A DNA stretch of 64,000 bases from Glaucostegus cemiculus (lineage: Eukaryota): contig CDPCPM010000026.1 in NCBI GenBank assembly GCA_976551045.1, positions 6,882,001-6,946,000 on the forward strand, given 5' to 3'. Shown one piece after another: positions 41,144 to 54,040 of this stretch. A program made the position numbers and the translations under genes. The notes beneath the pieces were generated by a model, which saw only the letters and a program-made list of their open reading frames with translations, was not told the DNA's origin and did no database searches. Each line of letters starts with the position of its first letter. The stretch's first letter is position 1.

Positions 41144-41292
41144 ACTATAAGGAGTTTGTACGTTCTCCAGTGTCTGCGTGGGTTTCCTCCCACATTGTAA
41201 AAGACGTACGGGTAGGTTAATTTGGGGGTTTAAAATGGGCGGCGTGGACTCATTGGGCCGAAAGGGCCTGTTACCACACTGTAAATAAAAAA
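41144..41292 (+). mobile_element. 5'-truncated V-SINE with CR1-type tail
   Basis: AAGGAGTTTGTACGTTCTCC..TGTCTGCGTGGGTTTCCTCCCACA followed by TTGGGCCGAAAGGGCCTGTT. Confidence 0.88.
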
Positions 41293-42717
41293 TCACACTG
41301 ACAAGTGTTTTAAAAAATGGATTGACAGCAGACAGAGAAAAATAAATGAGAGCAATTGAGACAAAAGCGCTCAGGTAAACAGGACAAGAATCCAGCTCTG
41401 TATTACAGATGGATATGAATTAAAGAAAAGGATTAGAGTTCTTTGTTAAACTGAAGAGTAAACCTAAGTGCTGGCATGCTTGGTACTTGTGAGAAGCAAA
41501 TGATCAAAGCAACATTTAGCACTTCACAAATACTCTAATCTTCATGTTTACATAAAAGTGTCAGCACTTGCCTTACATCACACAGTTTTGGAGTTCTAAA
41601 AGCCTGAAGATTAATTACCTCCAAAATTTCAGATTGCCAAAATGCCATAGGTGAATAATGGTTCCAAAATATTTTCTGATGCAGAGGCAGTTTGCACAAG
41701 GTAGCACCATTGCAATTTATTTTTGTTCTAAAATATTATTTATATTTATAATTATCTCCTGCCATTATAGGATCCCTCAGGTGGCTGTACCTTTAAAAAG
41801 GCTTAACATTTCAATACATTTTGGAAGCACATATTGCAAAAAAAGGTAAACACATCAACTTAATCCTTCAAGTCTTTGAGAATGACAGCATTTTTATTTT
41901 CAAGCAAAATTCAACCTCAACAGGTAAGCTTTTCACTTTAAGGTACAACAGTTGTGCAAAGTGCGTATGTTAAAATTCTCTCATCCAATGGTTCAGAGTT
42001 TCCATCAAACCAACAATGTTCTCTTGAAATGCTCAGATAGATGACTCTCTTTTAAGAAATCTGTCAAGCAATTAAATACATAGACTCAGATTCTCCATAA
42101 TCAACATTTTAGGAGCTAAAATTCATATTTCAAAGAAAAATATTGGTGAACAGTCTTACCTCCACTCTAAAACTGCTGCTAGTAGCAACAGTGGCAGTGT
42201 GAATAAACTTTGCAGCAGAAGATAGGGAGGTGATGGAAGAGGTTGGGATGCATAGCTTTGTGGTTGTGGTTTAATACCATCTTTGAGGTCCGATCCAAAA
42301 AAATTGCAACAGCATTGAAACACAGTTCGGTTTAATACATAGAATAATAGAATGGAAGTATTTAATGGAAAGAACATTATAAAAATGATGTGATAAATAT
42401 AACGTGACAGCAAAAGTCACTCAAAGGAAGTTAAGTTTATCATAAACAATAAATGAATGCTGGGTCCAAAAGCTCTACCACTGTAGATGGAAGAGATCAG
42501 ACCCCTGCAATTTGGTACATCTTCCCTTTTTGCACCAGCCAACAGCCACCTTCATTCTTCTCCCGTATTGTTTTAACTGATTCAGACTTTACCCTCTATT
42601 ATCTTTGAATATGAATTAAATGCAAAAGACTAATTACTTTAAAAAAAAAAAATTCCTTTTGCCTTATATTTTCTTTCCAGTTATAACAGGTAATAATGAA
42701 ACATGAAAATTAAAAAA

Positions 42718-42968
42718 ATGCATAGAACATAAATACCTACAGTACAATTCAGGCCATTCAGCCCACAAAGCTGTGCCAAACATGTCCCCACACTATTAGG
42801 CTTACCCGTAGCCTTCTATCTTATTTACCTCCATGTACCTATCCAACAGTCTCTTGAAAGACCCTAACGTATCCGCCTCCACCACCATCTCCGGCAGCCT
42901 ATTCCACGCACGCACCACTCTGAGTAGAAAACTTACCCCTAACATCTCCCCTATATCTTCCCCCCCAG
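42718..42968 (-). mobile_element. CR1 LINE 3' end
   Basis: CATAGAACAT..CAGGCCATTCAGCCCACA...ATTCCACGCACGCACCACTCTGAGTAGAAAACTTACCCCT. Confidence 0.9.
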
Positions 42969-43174
42969 CATGAGCTGGAAATAATGTGAATTGTATAGTC
43001 CTAATGATTTTAGTTCTACTGCATTACTATCTACATTCTTATTAATATTTTCATTTTGGTTCAATTATTTATTTTTGATACCTAGCACTTGTCTTCATTT
43101 TATAAATCACATGGTATCAACATTTTTTAATGACTTTGTATTGATTCTTTTTTGTCATTTAACCTATTTTTTTT

Positions 43175-43455
43175 AGGACATGAGAGGTTATTTGGCCCAT
43201 TGAGTCCATGCCTGCCCTCAGAGCATTCCCATCAATCCCGTTCCCCAGCTTGTTTCCCTATAACCTATATTTTCTCACCAGCCACTAACTGCCCCCCATC
43301 ACCTAAACTTGGGGTAATTTACAATAGCCTACCAACCCACAACTCTTTGGAATGTGAGGAAAAAGCCAGAGCTCCCAGATTAAAAGAAAACATGTGAACA
43401 CAGAATCCAAGTCACCAGAACTGCAAGGAGGCAGGCTGCAGCACTATCTGCTCAG
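43175..43455 (-). mobile_element. Decayed HE1-like SINE
   Basis: GGCCCATTGAGTCCATGCC tail; CTTTGGAATGTGAGGAAAAAGCCAGAGCTCCC is an antisense V-domain. Confidence 0.65.
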
Positions 43456-44099
43456 CCTCGATGTCTCTAAGTCTTTTGAGTAGTTAATGCTGAATTAATA
43501 CTTAGATACCACCTTCCTCAACTAATTCCAATGCAAACTGGAGATCTGCTTTGACTACAATATTACCGAGGCTGCCCACAAATTCAAACAGAATCAGAAC
43601 ATCTTCCTTTTTGAACTAAATATTGGATACCCAATCACTCTTTCAGAAGTTTTGATGTTTGTACTAAGTTGAATAGTTTGTTGGTTATTTGAAAACCGTG
43701 ACAAGATTATTGGATGTGTATTATGATTGGTTGTTGGTCTTCCATTACATTATGATGAAATGATGGTTGGTAAACCTTGGCTTATTCTTGTATTTATTTC
43801 CTCTGGTGTAAAAGGACAAGTAGATGTTGAGTATGTGATACATTTTATTTCTAATAATGCTGATGTTTCTATAGATTGCCTGCTGTTTGCAGAACATGAC
43901 TGGGTTTACATAATAATTTTGTGATGACTATTGAATTTAACTGCTGATTTAGCTAATTCATTTTTACCATGGGCAGTGTTATCAACACACCTCGATTTTG
44001 GTGTCTCACCATTGCTCTTTTGCAAATATTATAATGTCCTTCCCATACCATCACCTGCTTCCCTAAAATAAATTGCATGAAAATCATGTTGATCATTGT

Positions 44100-44390
44100 T
44101 TGCAACACAGTGTGTAGAACTGCTGCCATCTCACTGCTCCAGTGACTTGGGTTTAATCCTATCCTCTGGTGCTGTCTGTGTAGAGTTTGCATGTCTTCCC
44201 TATGGCTGTGTGGCTTCCTCTGGGTGCATCCAAAAAAAGTGCAGCTTGGTAGGTTGTAGAACCTACCAAGCTGCTTGGTGGTAGAATCAAAATGGGTTAG
44301 CATAGTTTTAGTGTAAATGGGTGCTTATGATCGACTTGGACTCTGAGGACCAAAGAGCCTGTTTCCAAGGTGTACTGTCTGTCTCTATAG
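44100..44390 (+). mobile_element. HE1/V-SINE with CR1-type tail
   Basis: Box-B-like GGGTTTAATCC; GGTGCTGTCTGTGTAGAGTTTGCATGT; tail GGACCAAAGAGCCTGTTTCC. Confidence 0.85.
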
Positions 44391-44519
44391 CAATATTGTC
44401 AAATTTCAATGGTTTTCAAAGCCACCTCCCTCTGCATCATGGGCTTGCAACTTCCCAACCCAGGAATCTAACCCAGCCTTCCAAGGTCATTTTGCTATTC
44501 TAGTTTTGTCCTCCAGCAT

Positions 44520-44670
44520 ATCCTCAATTTCCATTTTCCAGCAGTCCTAGCTCTCTTCCAGCTGTCTAGGAAAAAGCTATTGAATTCCTTCCCCAAACCT
44601 TTGTCCACCACTTACTATTACTTTAAGACGTGCTTTAAACCTACCTCTTTAACCAAGGTTTTAGTTGATA
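44520..44670 (+). mobile_element. L2 LINE 3' fragment
   Basis: CAGCTGTCTAGG..GAATTCCTTCCCCAAACC...CTTTAAGACGTGCTTTAAACCTACCTCTTTAACCAAG encodes L2 C-terminal-like NSFP...FKT..K.YLF. Confidence 0.7.
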
Positions 44671-45037
44671 TCTCTGACTTAAAACAAATCAGAGGATTAT
44701 TACACAGAATTTGATACTATGTCAAGGATTCTACATCAATGCAACATCTTGTTGTTGTTGAAGATGGATATTGAGAAGGGTCACAAACTGGACTGTCTCT
44801 AAATCACCCTGAGTTACTAGATAATAGAAACTCAAAAGGAAAAGACTGCAGAGGAGGGTTAAATTAAAATCAAGAATAATTACTTTTAAATAGCCATCCA
44901 AAATAATGTAAATACACAAAGGTAAATATGCATTTTGTTAATGCTTATTTATTGCACTCATCACCAGAGGTGGTATCTTTCAAATACCCAACTTCTGAAG
45001 AAAAAATTGAGCTATGGACAGAAAAGTGTTAACTCAC

Positions 45038-45768
45038 CAGATTTTTAGATAAATTCATCAACAGTCGTCATCTTCTGTTATTGCAGTGCAACATTTCCAT
45101 GTGCTGACTGGATTAGCAATGACAACATTCTTTTCAAACTTCTGTAGAATCCTTCGGTGTCAGTTGAAGACAACTTGGGCTCATTATTTGCTTTACTTTT
45201 GTTTTTTGACAGGATGCAAATTTCTTTGTTTGCTCATGATTTAGAGAGAAAAAATGTCATATCCATTTACTCAACAAGGAAGCTGATTGTTTTGCAAAAT
45301 GTTCACACAGTTCTGTGGAAACAGCAGTCTGAATCCATCCATATGTGATCTCAAACCATAGCTTGACATGCCTGTCTCACCAGGTCAGACTGTAGGCCTA
45401 ACTCAAGTGATACACCAGGTGGAAGCTAAACTAAGCAAAGTTTCATCTTTCTATCCTGCCTCAAGTGAATTTTACTTAGGAATTGTGACACCAGATCAAA
45501 GAACAAAACACATTTCTACTCCTCAAGTTGTTCTCACCACTTTGGAGTATGGAATGCAACTTGGGTCCAGAGCAACTCATTTAATACCTCTGGAGTGGTA
45601 ATGAAATCTTGCTGTAGTTTAAAAAAAACTGGCTTTTCCTGTCACTTAGCAGCTTTTCCCTAAAGGCGTAGATGATACTCAAATCTGTTCGTCATGATGT
45701 GGAAACAGTTCAATTGATTGTTGTGAGCTTCCTTCAAACTGTTTATTCTTTATGTAGAGGGCCAGATG
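45038..45768 (-). other. Candidate large, mostly non-coding exon of a minus-strand gene
   Basis: Long pyrimidine tract plus TTTTTGCTTGCAG acceptor at 45769; donor CTG|GTGAGT at 45038/45037; no recognisable repeats; ends ATG AAT TTA TCT AAA AAT CTG. Confidence 0.35.
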
Positions 45769-45779
45769 CTGCAAGCAAA

Positions 45780-46040
45780 AAGGCGATAGCAACAAAAGTA
45801 GAACAGAAGAGAGCGAGAGGTGGGGGTGGGGAGGAAGGCAGGTGCATGACATACAACTTTTCGATCTCATCACAACCGATGAAAGCCAATAGAATAGAAA
45901 CCCCTGTTGGCCCTTGCCATTTAAGCCGCAGAGGTTTCGGTGAGATGCTAACCTCATGATGGGCATAGATCAATGTCTTCAAAGCCAGACATGAACATGC
46001 AACCGTCACTTATTTTTGAAGATGGATTGCGGTCTTTAAA
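45780..46040. promoter_or_regulatory. Promoter/enhancer-like segment
   Basis: Local CpG retention, AGCCAAT box (~45884), CGTCA half-CRE next to an AT-rich MEF2-like CTTATTTTTG (~46005-46018). Confidence 0.3.
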
Positions 46041-48069
46041 AAAAAATACTTGTAATTTGGCAAGTTTATTATAGGCATCTTCCCCCTGACTTTCTCCCAC
46101 ACTTCTCAAAGCAATCTGACACCCTATTGAGATAATAGGCCACAAGTTCAAAGGTGGTCCCAAAATCAGGCAGCAGACAAATCACCCAGAGGGAAAGGCC
46201 AGATCCAACCCCTTATCTGCTTTGTGCACGTATACACACCCAGGTATGTGCTCAAATGCTCACGTCCACACAGTCATGCACACACATATGCACCTGCACG
46301 CTCAAACTTCCAGCAGGGATGACAGGATAGAAATGGGCAGCAGGAGCTCTGGACAGTTGACCCCTCCATTAGACACAGACGCCCATTTTAGTGTCTCTGA
46401 CTCCACCTACAGCACAAGCTAGGGATCAAATGTGGAACTTTTCTGGGCCCTTAGACTCATTGCAGCTTCATTTCCTATTTTAATTAAAATGTTAAAATCA
46501 TTATTAATTCCTTTAACATAATATTCATTAAACACCCTTCCGAAATTAAACTTTAAATCTTCTAAGTGGTCAATAAATGAGGACCACAGTGGGAAAACAC
46601 TTATCTTCACATTTATCTTCCTATTTGTGACATTTTTAGAGTTTTAAGATTAACCTCCAGCACAGACACCAATTGGCACATTACCAGTTGTCTGACTGAC
46701 TTGGGACATTTCTATGTTTAAAGATGATTCACTGGATTAAGAGTTAGGCACAAAAATAACTCAACTGTATACTTAGTTTCTAAACTGTTCAATAATTTGA
46801 GTGTTGTGTTGCATTAATGCTGAAGGTTGATGGGTTTATATCACTCTTCCTTCATTTACGAGCCATTTGACCCTTGACAGGGTCCTCCAGGAGCAGATCA
46901 AGCTGCTTTTAAGACTTCACCATCAAACTTTACAACAGAGCTGGCTGGGGAGATGGCTACGGAAGAGGATGGTATGTGCTTCAGGGCATTTGTGCACAGC
47001 AGCTAAAGATCTCTTATGTGATAAAGTTCCACAAGCTAATACCTTGTTTATTATTAGTAGTCTGATCATTTTTCTCCCATTGAAATCCTTTTCTCGCAAC
47101 GGAAGCTTAGTAAAGCTTTTCATTGTCTACATTTACTCCTGCACTGTCCTTTTGCCACACCCCACTTGTTTTCTCATTTAATATTCACGGTCAGCAGTGT
47201 AAACTTTTCAAACTCGGGTGAATTTCCTCTTTCCCATTAGATACTTCTTCAGCTCAAGGGTAACTGACCTTGCTACAACTGAAATCACTGAGGCATTTCC
47301 ATGACAATTAATGGATCTTGTGGCCCCCAAAGTTGAGATGTCTTCTCAGGTTATTGACAGTGGATTCCAATATATGCCAGCCAACCATTTTGCCTATTAA
47401 AATGAATGGGATAAAGTGTTACAAGCACAAACTCCCAAGTAAACAGATGATGACTTTTTGCCTGTTGCTTGATATTAAGTTAGTAGCCCAAACAACTTTT
47501 CTATTTTTATTTCCATTTTCTGCTGCACAAAAGATAAAAATCTACTCCATTTTGTGTAGAGAGCTCTTGCAAAATTGTCATCAACAGAGGGGGCAGCTTG
47601 TTTTAAGGTCCTTTTAATGGGATGGATTGAAGTATGAACATAGTATGAAAATTTAAAGTGAATTCAACAACATTTTGTTGATAACTTCCAGATAATTTTG
47701 CAATATTAACACAATTGTTCCCCTCCTGCTTTGCTCACAGGAAATTGTAAATTGACCTGTGTATTACCTATCCGAGCTACAGCAGTTAAGGAGACAACTG
47801 GGGTGGGGGTAGAAATGGTAATTACAGGCCTTGAAAGCAATCACTGCCTTTACCACCACTTTTTTTGACCTCGCTGCTGTCTCTGGTTTCCCACATTTCT
47901 TTTGGAATATCAGGAATTTCCTCCACAATGTGAAGTTTGAAATCATCGTCTTTGCTCTCCAACACAACTCCATTCAATAGTCACCATTTTCATCTCTTGG
48001 CTTGGTCACTGCCCGAGGAAGAATTAGATTGTTAGCAACCCAATGTGACCCCAAAAAGGAATTCTAACT

Positions 48070-48390
48070 GCTGAAACCCTTCATCACCAAGATTTGTACC
48101 TCTCTGGAATAGTCCATATCTGTCTCCATCTTGGCACAACAACTGATCCATGCCTCCATTACCTCAATAATGAACTACTTCAAGCTTGATGAAAGCCTCC
48201 CAACTTCCACCCTCCATATACAGAGCTGTAGTGACACCTGATGCAGTAACACATGAATTTCAATACTCTTATTCTCATATTAAAAATCTTTTCATGGCCT
48301 TGCTCCTCCCTACTTCTGTAACCTCCTCCAGCCCGACAGAATCATGTGCTCCTGCAGCTCCAGCCCTACAAGTGCTCAACCAGATTCCAA
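48070..48390 (+). mobile_element. L2 LINE ORF2 fragment
   Basis: CTGATCCATGCCTCCATTACCTCAATAATGAACTAC reads LIHASITSIMNY (cf. LIHAFVTSRLDY). Confidence 0.65.
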
Positions 48391-49959
48391 GGAAATGAGG
48401 TAACTTGGTTTTAAATTAATATTTAATATAATCATTAAGTGCACTTGTTTTAGTTTTTTAGTATTCTAAAGTGTAATTTTTTTGATTTTTTAAAAAATAT
48501 TTTTAAATCATCTCTGAATACCAGAGACATTTAGAAACAGTTAAAGTTTTTGATTGAGATGAAGCTGGTGGGGAAAAGCTTGATTTGAATTCACCCCAAC
48601 CCTCTCAGAACAGCTCTGTGTCACGCGAGTCTCTGAACTTTACACAGGCTTATTAATGAAGACTGAAAACACCCTTGGCAGCAATTGATGCTGTAAGATC
48701 CATGGTAGTTAAGTTTGGAACTTTCCATAGGTCAGCAGCAAATACTGGCAGCTCACTGCCAGTAGAAAGCTCTGTAATGGTCTTGAATTATATCAAAAAG
48801 AAAAACATGCATGAAAACCAATGATTATCTTTTAAACTGAAAGACCAGTAAAAAAAAACTACCTGAGAAATTCTGTAATAAAGGCTGCTCGTCTAAACAT
48901 TTTCTTTTATTTTATTATTGTTTTCTTTAAGATCTTGCAATGTGACAACATGTGTCAGTGTCAGCCGCGGGGCCCTGCTGGCAACACCTTGAGAACTATG
49001 TAGAGGTACAGAAAACAAACAGCTCAGGATGTGATTTCAGTGATAAAATACCAGTGTCAGGAGACCCGTAATTTGGAACTGCCATGTGATAAGACTTGTC
49101 TGTCTTTCTGACATGGACATGTCATTTTTCCCTTTTGGGTTTGTCAGGGGTAAAGTTGGTTGGTGAGGAACAAAGAGCCATTCCGATTATTAAGCCTATT
49201 CTAGTCCACAAGGTTTGCCATGATATTAAGTGAACCCATGAGCCTGCTTGTTTTGCAAACAAATCATACTGGTTAAATTATCCAGTTCTGAATGAAATTT
49301 ACAGAATCTTATTGAAAAATATCTTAACATGCCTCACATTCTCAATGCTGGATCTGAGTAAGATGGATTTTGTATTGTAGAGAGAAAGCATAAATAGGTT
49401 TCTGTAAAGAATTTTAATGATAAACCTTTGGTAAAGCAATGGGCTCAAGATAAGCAATTGTTAAGTTTTTAAGGGACGATCATGTTCTCCATTTGATTGT
49501 GGTCTGGCTGAAATAAAAGTCTTCATTCTAGGTAATCCTCAACTTATATTTTCCTCAGACCCTTTTGTTGCCCTGTAAGTATTTTAATTATTTTTAAGTT
49601 AACCATTTTTTACAACTTTATTCTGTAATTAAAGGAAAGAGCAAGGTATTACTAGAAATATCAATCCTTCAACTCCTAATGCTACAGTCTGTGTGCAATT
49701 TCAGGGATCTTTCATGCTATTACATATAATTTTTACAGCATACATATAATTTGCAATCAAAGTCTAGTTTGGCAATGTGAAAGTGTTTTATGATCATAAC
49801 ACCAATAAACCAATTAAACCTAATTACAAACATCTTGGATCTCTGAGGTAACAAAAAAAACAATCCTAAACAATTCCTAAAACAATGGAACAGATTTTGC
49901 AGTCAATGGCATCAACATTCACCACATTGACAGCTGCTTACAATGACATTCCCAAATAA

Positions 49960-50040
49960 AGTTATGGAGCAATACAGCACAGATACAGGCCCTTTGGCCC
50001 AACAGGTCCATGCTGACCACATTATCCACCTAGCTAGTGC
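49960..50040 (-). mobile_element. CR1/HE1 3' tail
   Basis: ATACAGCACAGATACAGGCCCTTTGGCCCAACAGGTCCATGCTGACC. Confidence 0.8.
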
Positions 50041-50948
50041 TCTAGTGATGACCTTGACACAGTGGATCTCTATTATCCATAAGTAGGTCAAGGAACACTG
50101 AGGCTCTTGAACCAATCATCTTGTAAAATTTGCAACAGGACACAAGCTAAGAAATTCATTCTGGGAAATGATAATACTGAGTACAAATTAAAGCAAGTTC
50201 AGATCATTGGCATCTGTTACTGAAATTTGTTTCCTTTGAAGTCAATGGAATGAAAATTTGTGTGCTGATATTACTTATGTATATTTTACATTACTAATTT
50301 GACAATGCCCTTTCTCCCCACAAACTCTAAATTAAGAAATATGAAACAGGAAATATAAATTAGAATTATAGACAAAATACAAAAAATAATTGGAATATGT
50401 AAATAGAATTAAGGGTGAAAAATTAAGAGATAAAACTTACAAAAATGTCCACACTAATTTCTTACGAAGGAATGAGGTACCATGAAGAAAAGTTAAATTA
50501 TCAGGGCCATTGAGATATCTCAGCTGTAAGTTTTACTTATCTGAGCTATTGAAAACTTATTCCTGAATGCACCATGATTAATAATTAGCCACATTCAGGA
50601 TGGAACTGATAAACATTCACAAGCACTTGCCACTTGCATTCATTTTGTGGATGTGTACTTTGGCAAGAACTGAAGCAGTATAACCTATGGAGGAGCAAGG
50701 TATTACAGATGGCAACTTACAGATTTGGTGTATTACTGTGTCTGCACAGATTGTGTTATCCAATGCATTAAAACAGTGAGCACTCCTAAACCATTGTTAT
50801 TCACAACATCTGACTCAGTGTTACTAGAAACATTTAAAAATGTCAAAATGATTAACATAGTAAACCCCCATAAATCAATTTAAGTAATAGGAATTAAATA
50901 AAGCATCAATATTAAAGTAAAATAAAGAAAATTAAACAAAATTTTTAC

Positions 50949-51081
50949 CTTTACAATCAAGGATGATGAACATTTTACACGTCAACAGTGACTGGCATCA
51001 AGCCGAGGAGGCGTATGTGAAGTGCCGTTCAGTTCTAAACTCAGTTCAACTCAGTGCTTGGACCAGCATCTCACCTCCAGG
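50949..51081 (-). other. Candidate non-coding exon (133 nt)
   Basis: TTGAC branch-like motif, ...TTTCTGATTTCAACACATTGCAG acceptor, AAG|GTAAAA donor; higher GC/CpG than flanks; stops in all three frames. Confidence 0.35.
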
Positions 51082-53199
51082 CTGCAATGTGTTGAAATCA
51101 GAAACATGCAGTCAATGAACAGCAACTCTATCAAACAGCTAGAAAAATAGAAACTTGTTTCAGTGCAACAGCATCCATCGATGAACTTCTTGTCAGTATG
51201 ATAATATCAATTATTTTGGTATCATAGTACTAAAAAAAATCCAGCAAACAGTTTAGCAATTGCGAGTTAATGATCTAGAAAAAGCATAGCTTTTCATTCA
51301 CTCCCATTACAAGAACTGCAATCAGCCCACTAAACAATGCCAAATGAAAACTCCAGATAATAAACTTCAATGAATAAACATTTTTGTGTGCTAATAATCA
51401 AAAGCATGTCACCACTATCTCAGATTTGACAAATCTAATAGAACACAATATGGAAAAAAAAGCATATTTTGAAGGCTACGATAGATATTCAACCTTTGAG
51501 AGGTTAATATACTTACATTCTGACTTCAATCAAAATGGCCAAAGTTGACACAAAGACTTTGATTAGTCATGTAACTTAAGTAGCCTTTTAATATTACATC
51601 TCCACCAATTATGCTGTCCAAGTACACTAATTTTACCTTCAGGACTTTCCGATTTAGTTTTTGTACCAAGAACAATAGAATACTTTGAGAAGCAGGAGAT
51701 ATGAATACCAAATGAAAGGTTAAGGGATCACTTTACCCATTCAGGAGCCTATTACTTGGCACAATCCTACTGTAATAGTTCCAAAACAAAACACTGCTGC
51801 CAACAGGCCTATAGCTAGACAGGGAACAGATGATAAGTTGACTCTTCCATTTTCCATGTGGAATGATGCCATGGAAAAGATATTACCAGACATGAGATTA
51901 TGAAACAAAGTATATGTCAGCCTTACTCAAGAATACAATGAGCTGCTGTTTATTAAGTGTGTGGTAACTTGACTACAGCAATTAAACAGTGATTTCTGAA
52001 TGTACTGGTCATAGAAGTCCATGTAACTTGTGCTATGCTTTTTCCACTTTTAAAATGCAAAAGACAGGACAAAGAAATAATGTCAACTTAGATCACATGC
52101 TGGGAGACTTGTCAATCAGCAAGACTATTTTTGTCACACATTCAGGACAGTAATCAGCTTACATTTATATCATACTCCCCACGCAAGTTAAAACTTGGTG
52201 TTTAACAAAGTAGAAAGTACATATCAGGCAAGAAAAGAGGGTAGATACAGGGGGGAAAGTAAGAGATAAATGGAATAGTTCTGAAGCAGGAGGTTTTATC
52301 AGGCAGGAAAGGTAAAACAGTTTGGGAGAAGAATTCCAGAAGAGAGAGTTTAATCACCAGATGATCTGCATCTGTGTATTTCACTAAAATCTTCCTTCGC
52401 AGACACTATGGGGTATGGATATACACACAGTCTTTATACTGTTCAATGTAACTGATGAACAATGTTTCAAAGTGTAATAGTTGGCGACTTGAGCTTAAAT
52501 GGTGTAAAATACATCCTGTGAATTCTTTTGAACACCCAGGAACACAGGCTGTTTGGTCTTTTGATTTTCACCAAGAATAATTATTTTATAATGCTTCTCA
52601 CACTATCATTACTTACCTTCTATATAAAAAATAATCATTTCTTAAACAGAAATCCATCAATCTGCCTTAAACTAACTTGTCTACTAACACTGTCAGGAAT
52701 ACAGACAAGTATTCCATCATTAGCTCACCAGGAATCAGCTTCCACTCCCCCCTGAGACATTCATCCCAGGGAGAGTCACTAAATACTCCATCATTAGCTT
52801 ATTATAGAATTGATGCCCTGAACTCTAAACAAATACTTACCATTAGATTGTCAGGAATCTAATATTCCATACTGGACAACTGGTATTTCCACCAATTAAA
52901 GTTAAGGAAAAAAGGTAAATCTTTCAACAGCACCCATCTTTGATGCTGTTGTTCCCCATCACAAATTATAGTTATTCAAGTACCATCTGAAATGGTGGGA
53001 GGACCTAAATAGGAATGCCTGCAGTTAAACAGCAGATTAAATGTAGAAAAGCATCCTGCGGCATTTAGACTTATAGCATTGTTACAACACAGAGGGAAAT
53101 CATTTGGCCCATCAAGTCTGTTCTAGCTCTTTATAAATCAATCCCATCAGCCCCTTTCTCCCATTTATTCCAATATTTTCTCTTAAATGCCTTCTTAAG

Positions 53200-53560
53200 C
53201 AAAGCCGGACCTATAGATACTGAACCAAAAGATGTGTTAAGATAAGCAAGCAAAAGTATGGTCAAAAATTTGAATTTTCAGGACAGTTTTAAAATAAAAA
53301 TGAGAAGGAAATGGAAAGGTGGAGAGACTGAAGGAGGAAAGTCCACAACATTGTGGGCCGAAGGGCCTGTACTGTGCTGTAATGTTCTATAAGACACAGA
53401 TGGCTGCCAATCATATGGTCAGGGGAGTAGAGGATACACAGGAAACCAGAGTTTCAAGGGAATTATTTGACTGCATAGAGTCAGAGGGTTAAGATGATAA
53501 AGGGAGTAAAGGCAAGAATGAGGATTGTAAATTTAAAGTATTTGGCCTGGGAGATCTGTT
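53200..53560 (-). mobile_element. L2 3' fragment interrupted by a short CR1 tail (~53345-53390, + strand)
   Basis: CAAAAGTATGGTCAAAA...GGTGGAGAGA..GGAGGAAAGTCC is antisense L2; ACATTGTGGGCCGAAGGGCCTGTACTGTGCTGTAATGTTCTAT is the CR1 tail. Confidence 0.65.
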
Positions 53561-54040
53561 GGGTAAAGGAGGAGGAGACTGACAGGTAAGACACAGGCAG
53601 TAGTTTTAGTTGAATTGAAAGTGCTGAGGAGAATGAGTTGAAGTTTATGGAAGGTAGACAATGTATTAGGTTGAGTTACAGTAATCGTCTGATGGCTTTG
53701 AACTTGGTGTAGTGTATACAATGGAAGCATTGAAAATGCACAAGACTGAAGAAGATCATTCTGCCTATTGTGCCTGGACTAGTTGAAAAAGAGATTTTTC
53801 CCTCTAATCCAGCATCTGCAGTTCTTGGCTTTTAAATTACTACTGCAAAATGAGCAGTGTTTTTGGAAAGAATTTCAAATAACATATGTTAGATTTAGAG
53901 TAGCAGATATCCCATTAATGACAATGGACCCCAACTCACATCCATAGAATGAACTATGTTAAACACTTTCAACACGTGACAACATTGACTTTTATATCCA
54001 CAAAATCAAATGATAAAACTAAAGATGTTGTCAAAACTAT

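Noticed and set aside
42160-42290. Minus-strand coding exon ending GAG|GTAAGA
   Set aside because: Good donor but weak acceptor; the phase-0 continuation of MNLSKNL hits a stop; no recognisable protein.
46220-46305. Alternating purine-pyrimidine stretch as a Z-DNA element
   Set aside because: Degenerate (CA)n-like low-complexity sequence; ordinary.
52617-52619. 3-nt micro-exon or recursive splice site TAG|AAG|GTAAGT (minus)
   Set aside because: Short, A-interrupted pyrimidine tract; expected by chance in 64 kb of AT-rich DNA.
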